Shown: piece after piece, positions 1 through 38,177 of the stretch
How positions within the stretch are numbered: the stretch's first letter is position 1
Layout: each line of letters opens with the position of its first letter
Origin: Chrysomallon squamiferum
Taxonomy: Eukaryota > Animalia > Mollusca
Direction of reading: 5' to 3'
NCBI GenBank assembly: GCA_012295275.1
Contig: CM022666.1
Coordinates: 9,238,001-9,302,000 of the forward strand
Length of the DNA: 64,000 nucleotides
The notes under the pieces: model-generated
What the model was told of the DNA's origin: nothing
What the model saw: only the letters and a program-made list of their open reading frames with translations
The model's database searches: none
Made by a program: the position numbers and the translations under genes

Positions 1-59
1 CTTTTTACATAAAAATATTCTGAAAGGCAACAACAATAAGAAAATTCTCAAAGAGACTA

Positions 60-381
60 CATCCTATCATTCTACTAACTAGTGCAGAAAAGTAAACATC
101 ATTTTACTAACTGGTGTTGATATGTAAACAGCAGTTTACTAATTAGTGTAAAAATTTAAACAGTTGTTTACCATCCTATTATTTTACTAAATAGTGTAGA
201 AATGTAAGCATCCAATCATTTTACTATCTAGTGGAAATACATAAACAGTATTTGATGTGTTCTGATGTAAACAGAACATTTTATACACTAGTGGAGAAAT
301 AAAAGTTGTTTACTAACTAGTGAAGAAATGTAAACATTTTACATTTTACTAACTAGTGAAGAAATGTAAACAGTTGTTTAC
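60..381. repeat. Degenerate ~30-40 bp tandem repeat derived from adjacent exon 382-483
   Basis: Units like ttttactaactagtgNagaaatgtaaaca. Confidence 0.8.
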
Positions 382-26637
<26,256 letters not shown>

Positions 26638-27699
26638 AGACGGCAAGCGCTATCTGGCTCATGCCAGAATCATACTGTAAACAAAACAAAAATATCGTCA
26701 AAAATAATAAGAACACAAATATTTCATTTCTCTTTTTATCTGAAGTTAAATGCCAGTGTTTTAAAAATACTTTTCTTAAAAACACTTGCAAACAGCTGCT
26801 GAATTTCAGAAGAAAAATTATGTTATACAGATCAGTAAATCAAAATATCAGCAAACATTCATTATGACAACAATGACCAATACACAGTATTACTGACTGA
26901 TGTTAGAACTTAATTTTGTTATCTATTATGATAAATTTATGCAAAAAATTAAAAAAGAAAATAATTTAATTATTGAGAGTTATAGTTTGTTATAAATGCC
27001 TAATGTCTCATCTCAGAAAAAAAGATTAAAAAAAATTACAAATTAAAAAAAATATAATTTGTAAACATTTTATACATTTCTTTTCTAGAAACTATGTATA
27101 CATATAAAATTTATGGAAAGGTAAATTGATCAGTAAAATAATTTGATTAAATTATAAATATTTCTGCCCTATTCTTCATTCATAAATTCTAAAAACATGA
27201 TATATAATGTTGTTCTTTTTGTTTTGTTTTTTAAATTTGAACAAACATTATTTGAATGAAACAGACATTGAATAATTTGCAAAGTAGCTGTTGTCAATAT
27301 ACATTTCAATAAAAAATAATAAAATTTAATGTAGATAACTGCATATTTTCTATACAATACCTTCTGTTTTTTAAATTTCTAACAACGAAAAAAAACGCAA
27401 ATATAATTTTACTGGAAATCTAATACAGAACATTATTTGTAAATTTGGTATGATAGCATAATCTGACATATTAAAATATTAATTTTCATTGTAATAATTG
27501 ATGCTGCTTTTGTAAGCGTAAACGTTAATAATAAAGATTTACCAAAAGAACTAAAAATATTGATAATCACAATATTCATTATGTAGCCATTTTGGGTCCC
27601 AAAAAAAAAAAAAAATCATTGTACTTTTCTAGACATTTTAAAATAATTTCTTTCAGTAATAATTTCTTTTAGGGGCTTTGTTTTCATAAAACTCATTTC

Positions 27700-28035
27700 G
27701 GTAAAATCTCTATAATCTACTTTAATCGCAAACGTAAGCAAAAGACAAGTCTGGACCATAGACGAATTTTATCCACAAACATCGAAACGAGAGAAATTAT
27801 ACGAGCGCAGGAGCTTCATCAATAAAAAGACTAGGAATACTCAAACAGCTTTCTGTTTCTATGTAGGATTTTTGAAAATGATCTATACATACTAGAGTAT
27901 GATCAGTGAAAAAACAAGGACAGTAGACCCTTGTTAAATGCTGATTTTCTTCGTCTAAAATACCGAATTCAGCTCTGAATCGTCCCTGATCTTCCGCAGA
28001 TTATGCGCACGCATCTGTTTCCAACTTCCGTTCAA
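27700..28035 (-). promoter_or_regulatory. Probable TRIP12 promoter and non-coding first exon region
   Basis: CpG-retaining stretch with ETS-type CGGAAGT on the minus strand (~28023-28029) and NRF1-like TGCGCACGCA (~28004); the acceptor at 26675 implies an upstream exon. Confidence 0.5.
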
Positions 28036-28682
28036 TGGCAAAAATATTTTTTGTAAACAAAAAAAAAAGTTATGAAAAAATAACTGCTTGAAAAATAACT
28101 GAACAACTATTGAAATATTTATGACGTATGTTATTCTCTAATATTTTATTGAATAAAAAATAAATTTACATTAAAAAAAATGTAAGGAAAATCTATTCTA
28201 AATAAACATAATTTTATTCAAATTTAAAAACTCACATCATGATGATGGGAGTACCAAACAGCTGCGGCTAAATATAGAAGTAACCTATTGATGTCACGTG
28301 GTATTGTTTGTATCGTCGTGGCTATTTGTCCTTTGTTTTAATCATTTTAATCAGAAAAGCAGATTTTTCTTTTCTTTCGAAATTTATTTATTTATTTATT
28401 ATGATTATGATTATTTTTATTATTATTATTTTGTATGAAAGAAAAAGCTCCCACCTAATAATAATAAATAAATAAATAAATTTAAAAAAAAGAAAAAATT
28501 AGAGTAATAATAATAATAAAGTGAATTAACACGTAGTCAGTCAGTGCTGGAATTATTGTGCTAGTCGCCGATAGGCTATAGAAACTTTTATCGCCCCCTC
28601 TTCAAGCCTACTTTGTTTATTATATAATATATGATTTTTTATAACTTACGGAAAAGCGCATATCTGTTTCTGTTACTGATGC

Positions 28683-28820
28683 TGTTGTTCCAATCAGTAT
28701 ATCTCCCATTCTAACAAATGTATACCCAGTTCCAATCAGTGTATCGCCTCTTCCAACCAGCTCATCTCCCATTCTTACCATTGTCTCAGGACTTATCAAA
28801 ATGGTATGTGTTGTTCCCAA
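28683..28820. repeat. Degenerate 21-bp periodic repeat
   Basis: Recurring gttccaatcagtNtatc and atctcccattct. Confidence 0.7.
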
Positions 28821-30970
28821 CTATAAATGAACAAATAATCCTTTGATGCTAATTGAAAATAATAACCTGTGTTAGTGTGTTTCTTCTCTTTTCTTGTAAT
28901 ATACAAGCATTGTCTATTGTAGTAGTAGTAGTTGTTGTTGTTGTAGTAGTAATAGAAGCAGTAGTATAGTAGTCATTGTAGTAGAAGAAGCATATTTTAA
29001 AAAACTTTGAATACTTTGTACTTATTCTAATAAAAAATATATTTTTGATTTCTGTAATGTTGTTAAGTTTTTAAAATTTATTTGACAAGATGACACAAAC
29101 ATAATCTTAAGATGTCTATTTAAAAAAGTAAAGACATTAATAAATAAAATTATGTATCTATATGTGTGTCCACACACGCATTTGGATAGAAATACATGTA
29201 GATATATAAGTACACGTGTATGAAAGAATGCTATAACTTTTTAAAAAACATTTTTAAAGTTGGTATTAAAGATGGTGATGTTTATTTATATCTATTTTCT
29301 ACGCAAGCATGTTTCTATTTTATTATTATTAATATTTTACAATAGAATTTACTTATATAGTTAGATTTGTGTATATTTTGCATGTGTGTCTGAATTAAAG
29401 GTTGTAAAACAGCATTTAACAATGAGAGGGGATAGAGATACAGAGAGAAAGATACATACATACATATGTGTATGGGGGTGTATGTATGTATGTATGTATA
29501 ATAGCTATCTAGATTGATATTTACAGAGATATTTTGAGAGAAAACAATAGAGAAGAAATAGAGGATAGAAGCAGTAGCTGTAGTATTGACAGAGATATAG
29601 GAATAGCTAAAACTGCTTAAATAGTTACAAGATGAGAAAAGATGATACTGAAAACGTATATCAATGTATGTATTATGATAATGAGTGAATGTTTAATGAC
29701 ACTCCAGCACAAAAGACACTATTTTGCTACTGAGTGTCAGAAAAAAAGATTTCAAAAGTTTATAAAACAGTCTAAAGAGTTCAGCAAAATGTAAGTATCA
29801 CATTTAAATGGCCTTTAAAATTTATTATACAAAAACATTTTGTTTAAAAAGGTTAATTCCATGCTATCAGGTGTTCCAAATATATTTTTTCCTGTGTTAT
29901 AATGAGAAATAAAAACAGAATGCACTGGTGTAGTAAATGAGTTTATTAAACAATATAAGCGCTAAGATATAATTCTACATAGAATAAAATAATTTACAGA
30001 CACTATAAAGCAGTATACCATAGATAAAAAAAAAGTGTCAAAGAAACAACACCAAGCAACTTGTAGAAAACAGAAACAAATAGAAGAGAAACACACTTGT
30101 TGCTCTCTTTATATAAGTACTGTTTTATATATATTAATTTGAGATAGATATTCAGATTGTCCAAAACAAAATGATATTTATGGTCAAAACTGCTGCATCT
30201 TTTTAAGGAATATGTTGATCAAGATGTCATCTTGATTTCTAGAAAGTTATTTTTTCTTCTCCTGCAGCACCAGACTTTCCATATAGCCTGTACGTCAGTG
30301 AACATTTGACATGTAATTATATCACTGACCAGATTTCAGAAAAGAAATTTATGGAGAAAACTCAAGGCACTCATGTCCATGGCGAACTGATTTTGGCTCT
30401 TGATCTTTAAATTCTAAGTAACATATTTTAGCAATTTATATTTATTTATGTATTGTAAATATTAATCTAAAATTTAAATGAATCAGGATTTTATTAAATC
30501 ATAATGTCTGATGATAAATAGTGGAACAAATTGAAATTAAGATTTAAAGCCAATAATATACAAAAACACTGATAACAGATAATTTCAAGTTTGGGTTTTA
30601 ACCAAATAAATAATCAGAAAATAGTTTTGGTAACAGATAATTTCAAGTTTGGGTTTTAACTAAATACCAATCAAAAGGAAGGAAGTTGTAAAAGGCACTT
30701 GAAAACAAAATGCAGAAAAAAGAAAAAAAGCAGAAATAAAGATGAATTTCATATAATGAGAAGGACATCATCATAAAAATATACACATTTATTTTAACTT
30801 TATATCAGAATTTGTGAAATGATAAACTGTCTTGAAGTCTTAATTTGTAATGTATTTCATTAAAAAATGTGTGTGTGTGTGTGTGTGTGTGTACCCACAT
30901 AAACACACACATACATAAACATTCTGATATCATAAAAATTAATTTTAACACAGAACCCCAAAGATAAGAA

Positions 30971-30971
<1 letters not shown>

Positions 30972-31023
<52 letters not shown>
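30972..31023. repeat. (CA)n microsatellite
   Basis: Direct reading. Confidence 0.95.
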
Positions 31024-31025
<2 letters not shown>

Positions 31026-34000
31026 TTATTTATTTAATATCAATTGTATTTCAAGTCTTGATATGTATTATTTTCAACTATAAAGAAAAACAGAATTACC
31101 AGCCTTCTAAAACATTAAACATATACATGTGTGTATGTATGTGTATGTATGCATGCATGCATGCATATGTGTGTGTTTGTGTGTGTGTGTGTGCAAACAC
31201 ATACATACAAAGATATACACACAGAAAGAGTGGCAGTAGAAATTTTAACTATGATTAACTGCAATTTAATTCACTTTTAAATCTAAACTTTTCACTTTTA
31301 TAAAAACAACAAAAATCAGCAAAAAACAACAATAAAAAACAAAACAATATGCACATTTATGTACATACAAAATAGTGTAAAGAGAAAAAATTAATGAAAT
31401 CAGTGAACAGTTTGTAATAACTTGAATTCATGATTATATCGCTGGATGTTCTCATTAACTTATAACTCAAGGCCATATTACATATGAATGTACCAATTTA
31501 AAATAATTTTATTTGTATTAATAAACTAACTGCCAAAATATAAAACATTTACTGTGGATTTAATTTTGCATTTTAAAACAACATAGAATGAAAGATATTA
31601 ATTCTAGAAATAATGTATTTTAAAATATTTATTTAACAAAATTATTAAATATAAAATTATTTTGAAATATTATTTATTATCTACTCTTGAAGACTGTAAA
31701 AATGAAAAAGAACCACCTAGATTTAAAACAATTCAAACTGTATTTAAGAGCCATTTGTTGAAAAAATAAAATAACTCTGTTTTGAAATTTTCATCAACAG
31801 AGGTTTTACCATGGTTGGTGGCAGTGAATATTGTTACTCAGAAGACTTGACTAGGAATAAAAACACTGAACATGCCCTTCCCTCTTCACCCCTCATCCCA
31901 ATTAATCCTGGATACCTTTCTGACATCTGTGTAAGATCCCTCCCTTTTTCAGCAATAACTACCTGAAAACTAACTGTCTTCTCAGGTTTTAACTGCTCAC
32001 AAACTCACAAAAACACAAGTACATTTTAATAAACCATAGTACATTACATCATTCCATGTATTTAAAGGCAAAAGAAATAAAAATAGATACAACAACATTA
32101 GATTTGTGTGAAAAACCCACAGCACATTGTTTGCTAAAGGCAGTTTTCTGAATATATACGTAAAGCTTAAGGCACTGATAATTTCAAATGATGACTTTAA
32201 TGCGACTTTTATCAATTATTAATCATATTTCATAGATTCTGAATTAACTAACATATTAGTTAAAATAAAAAACAAAAACAAAAAGTAATTAAAAAAAAAA
32301 TATATATATATATTTATGGTTTATTTCAATATAAATTCTTTTATAAATGTTAAATGAAAAGATGATGTAATTTGAAAATAATTATCATCACTGTCTTGTT
32401 TGAACAAAATATAAAAATTATTATTTTTGTACATAAAAAAGGAAATAATTTTGAAATTTTTATGCACATAACAAATTAAAAGATACTTTTCCTACATATA
32501 AAGATTTAAATAAAACAAATGAGAAGAACTTTTAGTTAGAAAATATTATATATGATAAACAATTGACAGAAAAAGCTATGCAATATTTATTTTGATAAAA
32601 AAACATTTAACATAACATTAAATGTTTCACAATAAAAAAATCACAGAATGTTTGGCAAATTACAGTACATGTTCGTACACTCTGAGATACAGTATCAACA
32701 AAAAATATTTTAACAACAAATTAAACATTCAAGAAAAAGGAAAACAATTTATAAAGAGTCCAACAACAACAACAAAAAAATAAATTAAAAATTAAGTAAA
32801 AACCTACACACGTAAACTATCAAATATGAAAGTGTCTAGATTATATTCAAATACTATGTAACTGAAAGTTATTTCAAAGATATCATATATTAGTGTTTTT
32901 CATCAACTTACTTGTTGATAAAAAAAATACCCTGAATATGAATAATTCAGTCCTTTGTAGTACTTTTCAAACACACTTTTTAAAAATAATTTTCTTCTGT
33001 AAGACTGTCATATTGTTTTTTTTGTTTTTTTGAACACTAGTCAAGAGAAATAACTCTAACTTTGTAAGGTAAATGGAAACAAACTTTTGTTAGTCGATGT
33101 TTTCTGATTAAAATAATTTTAAATCCAGTTTTTTAACTATACTTATGTCCTTAAAAAATTCTCATTACATTATGAAATCTTACTATTGTTAATTTATTAA
33201 TTTAAAAACTAAATAAACTGATTAAAAATAAATTTAACAAATCATTCTCTGATTTACCTCAGGCAACTTATATACAATAAAACAATAATACAATTAAATA
33301 AAAAAAATATATATATATTAATTATATTTATGCACATCTATTAAAAGATTCAAAATATGATTCCCTGGATAAAAGAAATAATTTTTTTTTTCTTCACAGT
33401 TTGACTAAACACCTCTAGCTTCACATCCAGGAAAAGTTAACTCACTGAGAAATGATCATTTGTACCAAAGGGATGTAATTCCATGATGAATACAACTTAT
33501 ATGCTCATTACACTAAGTTCTCATAATGTAGAAATAATATGACTGTATTGTTGCCACTGACAACTGTTTTTATTATTCTAGATGTCCAGAATGTGTGAAT
33601 CCTCTCAGACAATTATTTTATGAATATTTTAATTTTATATCAGTGGTGACAACAAGTTCATGGATTACATGGAAAATTAGGATCACCCTTCTATTTTCAC
33701 AATTTTCTTATCACAGACGGTTGTAAATATTTGTGCTATGTAAATTCATTTCTGTGCTCGGTCATTTAATTTCACTTCTAAAGCTTTGTACAGCATTCAT
33801 TGGTATATCCAAAAATAAACCACAATAGATAAAAAAAATTACAAAAATAACAATATGGAATGTAAGCAGATTAATATCACAACATGTAAAGTTTTAAAAT
33901 AAAACTAAACTTTTAACATCACAATAAAACCTCATCAGTCTAAACACAAATAATCTAAAAAAAAAAAAGAAACCCAAAATATTATGTTGGAATAATCATA

Positions 34001-34558
34001 AAATAATTATTATTTTAATCTTATTGATAAATACTGTTGTGAGATAAAGAAAACAATAAAAAAATAAAAATAAAATATAATATAAATATACATATACACA
34101 CACACACACATAAAAAGGAAACAAGTGAAACAGATAATTAAGCTGATATCTGGTGACTGAACACAACAGCCTGTATTGTCTTGAAGTTCATTATTTCATA
34201 GTGTTAAACAGCTTAATTATATCAGTGGTTATTTAGAAATAAAACAGAAGACACAGATGTGTTACAGGCTGTTTAAAGAGAAAACAGAAGACATACATCC
34301 CATCCCTCTCTATTTAAATTTAGTAGTGGACTGGATCCAGGATATAACTGGTGTACCAGTGAATAAAAATACTGACAATAGACAAACAAAAATATTTGTT
34401 TTAAATTCCTCCACAGATAAAAGCACTGCAGTTGACATGACTAATGAGGTTTTACAGCTGACAAAAATAAATAACTTTGGTATTACGGCAACTCAGTGAG
34501 CCTTCAGTTCAAGGCAGATAACTTTTGGCAGACATCACTGTATGTAGAATTCAGTCTT

Positions 34559-37395
34559 TCACTTCTTCTTGTCTTTCTTCTGAGGTTTAGGCTCCACTTT
34601 CTTTGGAAGTTGTTTCTCATACTGTCTCCTAAGATGCATCTGAAGCAGATAAAATCAAATAATGAAAAAGAATCTGTAATGAAAGGTAACACAAATTCTT
34701 GTGAGCAGTGAGTGGTTTACAGGATCAAATCCACTTGGTGGATCTGTTGTATCAAAATAGCTGGAGGTCAATTATCAGTAACTTATATCATCATTTTAGA
34801 ATAACATCATGTTTGACATTAAGTAATCATTTACATGTATCATTAAACTTTCATTCATTTAATTCATTCCTCCTATAGGTGTATTTTGGGATTCCTCAGT
34901 TCTGTATCACATGACTGTCACTTTAATTTTGAACTCAGGTATATCTGACTCACCTGAAGCTGTAACTTGTTAGTAAAGAAAAGTCGTTTCCAAGTGTGCT
35001 GTTCTGCCAGCTGTTTGAGGTCATTGGTAATGGCTGTTTCACAGTTGATACGATAAATCTTTTCCCATAATTCATCACCATCACACAGCTGAAGTAATTA
35101 AACATATTAATGATATGATAGTTATAAAAAAATTATTACTTGTTAAAATATACAAAAAAACCCACCTATTACTTGTTAACATATAATTTATCCCAACTAT
35201 TTTTTAACTTACATATGTCTACTTCAAAGAATATTTAGGCTTACACATAGGTAAGTAAATTTAAGTATAAACTTACATATTAAATTTAAACTGCTAGAAC
35301 ACAGGTAACTAATTTAGATTATTAGTTAGATCATGGATAATTATGTGTAATATTAAGTGGTAGAACACAGGTAACTAAGTGAAATATTAATTCATAGAAC
35401 ACATGTCACTAAGTGTAACATTAACCAGTAGAACAAAAATAATTAAGTATAATATTAACTGTAAATAATATAAAAAGTAAGTAATATTGCATCACGGAAC
35501 ATAAGTAGGTAACTAAGTGAACATTAAGAAGTAATATAACTAAATAAAGATCATTAACCTTTTTGAAGGATTTTGACACAAGTCTCATTCTCTGAAGGTC
35601 TTCCAAGTCAAGCATAAGCAAGATTCTAATGAGAACATTGTGCGGCAGGCGGGGGAGATAATCAATGTGACCATCCACCAAATTAATCAAATAATTCAAC
35701 ATGGAATCCCCACCTGTTCTAGTAATTTCACCTGAAAACAAATAGAGAGATAATTAATTCTTAATACTGTTTTATAGATAGTAGTAGAGCAGAGATTGAA
35801 ACAACAAAAACAACAACAACTACAGTAATAACAGTAATAGTTAGAGTAATAGTAATATTAAATATTTGCATAGATAAATAGGGTTAAAACATTAATAAAA
35901 TTAAGAAGTTCATAAGATATGAAATAATATAAATACACATTAAAAAAAACACCTACATTACATAATTATTGGTAGATCATATAAATGCAATTTTAATATT
36001 AATATGTTTCTAGCTGCAAGGTCTATAAAATATTAAAAAGTAAAAGAAACATTTTTTTTTTATAAGTACTCATCCAAGGATTTGAGAATTAAAAATTACA
36101 GTAATCTCAAGGGCATTTTGAATTGACAGATATATGTATACACATAGATATACAGATAAATACATAAATAAATAACTAAGAAGGTAGATAGATAGATAGA
36201 TAAATAAATAAATAAATGCAATTAAACAACCAAACAAAGAAACAGTAAATAATTAAATAAATAAATGTAATTAAACAAACAACAAACAAACACATAAATA
36301 AATATATCTCACTGTGTAATGTTTCATCATGTTTGAAATCCTCCCAACTGTCACAGAACTGGGAAGGTGCAATGTTACTATCACTTCGTGTCGGAGGCAA
36401 AATCTTCCACAAACGATAAACAACCTGAAATTAATTACTTCATTAATTTGATAATTTTCATATATACTTGTTTGACAGTCTTATGAAAACATGTTTATTT
36501 TCAAAAATACATTTATAATTATTTTTCTGTTTACTTTTCAACTTACTTATTTTAATATATGCCTGTATAGATGATAATAAAATTATAGTGTTTATATCCT
36601 AAACATTGTATTTTGATTTGTTTTTCTTTAAATGTAACTGTATACCTTTAACTGATATGATACTGTTTACGTTTTCAACATGTATATTTTATTATAAACA
36701 CATATACTTCAGTGTGTACATGATAGTGTTTATTTTTAAATTTTGTATATAGTGTAGATAAACAATAAATTCAGTATCTTTGAATATAATAAATCTGCCT
36801 TTTACTACTATTTGAGAATGTTGTTTACTTTTAAAACTTGTATATTTTATTCTATATCAATATTGTAAATCTTAGTGTTTATTATTAACAGTATGTATGT
36901 ATATATTTTTCTATATACAAACATTACTCTGTAGCTATATCTAATTATATTTCCAAAATAAACAAATGCTAAAATATGGATTTAAACTACAAAAAAACAA
37001 ATGACCCAGACATATTATAAAACTATATAATTAAAGATTTTTTTTGAGTTCAAAACATAAATAATTTATATTAGAAAATTATGTCCAAAATTTAATCAGT
37101 CTCATTTAAAATATTCTTTATAATATCACTTTTGAAGTGAATGGGAAGCTACTATAAAATATAAAATATAAAATAAATCAAAACATTTTATGAAAATTCC
37201 CTAAGTTAAAAACTATTATATAAAATTAACTTTTCTTGATTATAATAAAACTGAAAATAATTTTATATACATAACATTAATTACCAAATCAGGTGTTACA
37301 AAAATATGAAAGAAATCTTTTGATGGCGATGGAGCAACTTCAGCAATATCAACCAAAGCGCCTTCAGAGTTTAGCCAGTGTTGTATAGAGGCCAT
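34559..37395 (-). CDS. FBXO36: F-box only protein 36, complete, 5 exons, 203 aa
   Basis: join 37285-37395, 36313-36424, 35559-35731, 34954-35088, 34559-34639 (612 nt, all GT-AG). Motifs PSKDFFHIFVT, F-box LPRLPHNVLIRILLMLDLEDL and WKRLFFTNKLQLQ match recalled FBXO36 (PSKDYYQLLVT, WRQLFFTNKLQLQ). Confidence 0.95.
35290..35530. repeat. Degenerate tandem repeat in FBXO36 intron 3
   Basis: Recurring tagaacacaggtaactaagtg..atattaa. Confidence 0.7.
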
Positions 37396-38177
37396 TTTGA
37401 CGCGATCTCCATCCCAACAACCTTGACGTTGGCAACCAAGACAAAATATTCGGTAAACATCGTTTATTTCCGATTTCATTAATAACTTTCGGAAATGTTC
37501 GGAATATATTCCGATTCGCGATTATTTTTCTACGGCTCTTTCTAATCATTTTAAACAAATTAATAAATCATTTCGAAACGCGTTTTTCCGTTTTTTGTTA
37601 ACACGGTATAAAGTTAACTTTCTTTCTTTCTTTCGTTCTTTGTTTTCTTGTGGCTACCCTTTTTTTTTTTTTTTAATACTTGTTAAGTTGTTTGTTTTTG
37701 TAATTTACAATAATGACAAGGTCTCACTGTTCTGGTTCATGCTAAAAAGTCTCTTAAATTGAGGGGTAAAATAATTTATCTTATTTATAAATATTAATTC
37801 TATTGCAAAACGTGTAACACTTTAATGATTTAAGTGTGAAAATTTGTTTCTCTCTTAACTCCAAATTATGGCTACTTGCTATCTACCGCTAATGATTCAC
37901 CTTTCAAGTTAAAATAACAAAATGTTTTTGTTGTGCCAAACCAAAGTCTGGATGAATACATCAAGGGGCACTACTACAAACTCGAGGTTGTTCAGTGAAA
38001 AGGTCACTGGGTCAGGAAATATAGCGCAGCGGAAGTTGAAGTTTGTTTCTGTCTGGGGGCTTGTGATAATCATAATGTGACTGGTTCCATTGATTATATG
38101 TCATGTACTAATTGTACTATTTAAAAGGAGAATGGTGTTGGTTGGGCTATTTCATATTTAGCCAGCGCCAAGCCGCG
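37396..38177. promoter_or_regulatory. Bidirectional promoter region between FBXO36 and HS6ST
   Basis: Divergent ATGs 783 bp apart; CpG-rich ends; X-box-like motif at 37422-37436; ETS CGGAAGT at ~38030. Confidence 0.7.

Noticed and set aside
34257-34711. Plus-strand 80-aa and 71-aa ORFs
   Set aside because: Antisense to the FBXO36 last exon and 3' UTR; no recognisable protein or splice context.
35290-35558. FBXO36 intron 3 array as an exon echo
   Set aside because: Unit shows no clear match to the neighbouring exon end; listed as an ordinary tandem repeat.
37240-37558. Longer N-terminal extension of FBXO36 in the ORF track
   Set aside because: Similarity begins at MAS (37395) in a good AAAATGG context; the upstream part is promoter or UTR sequence.
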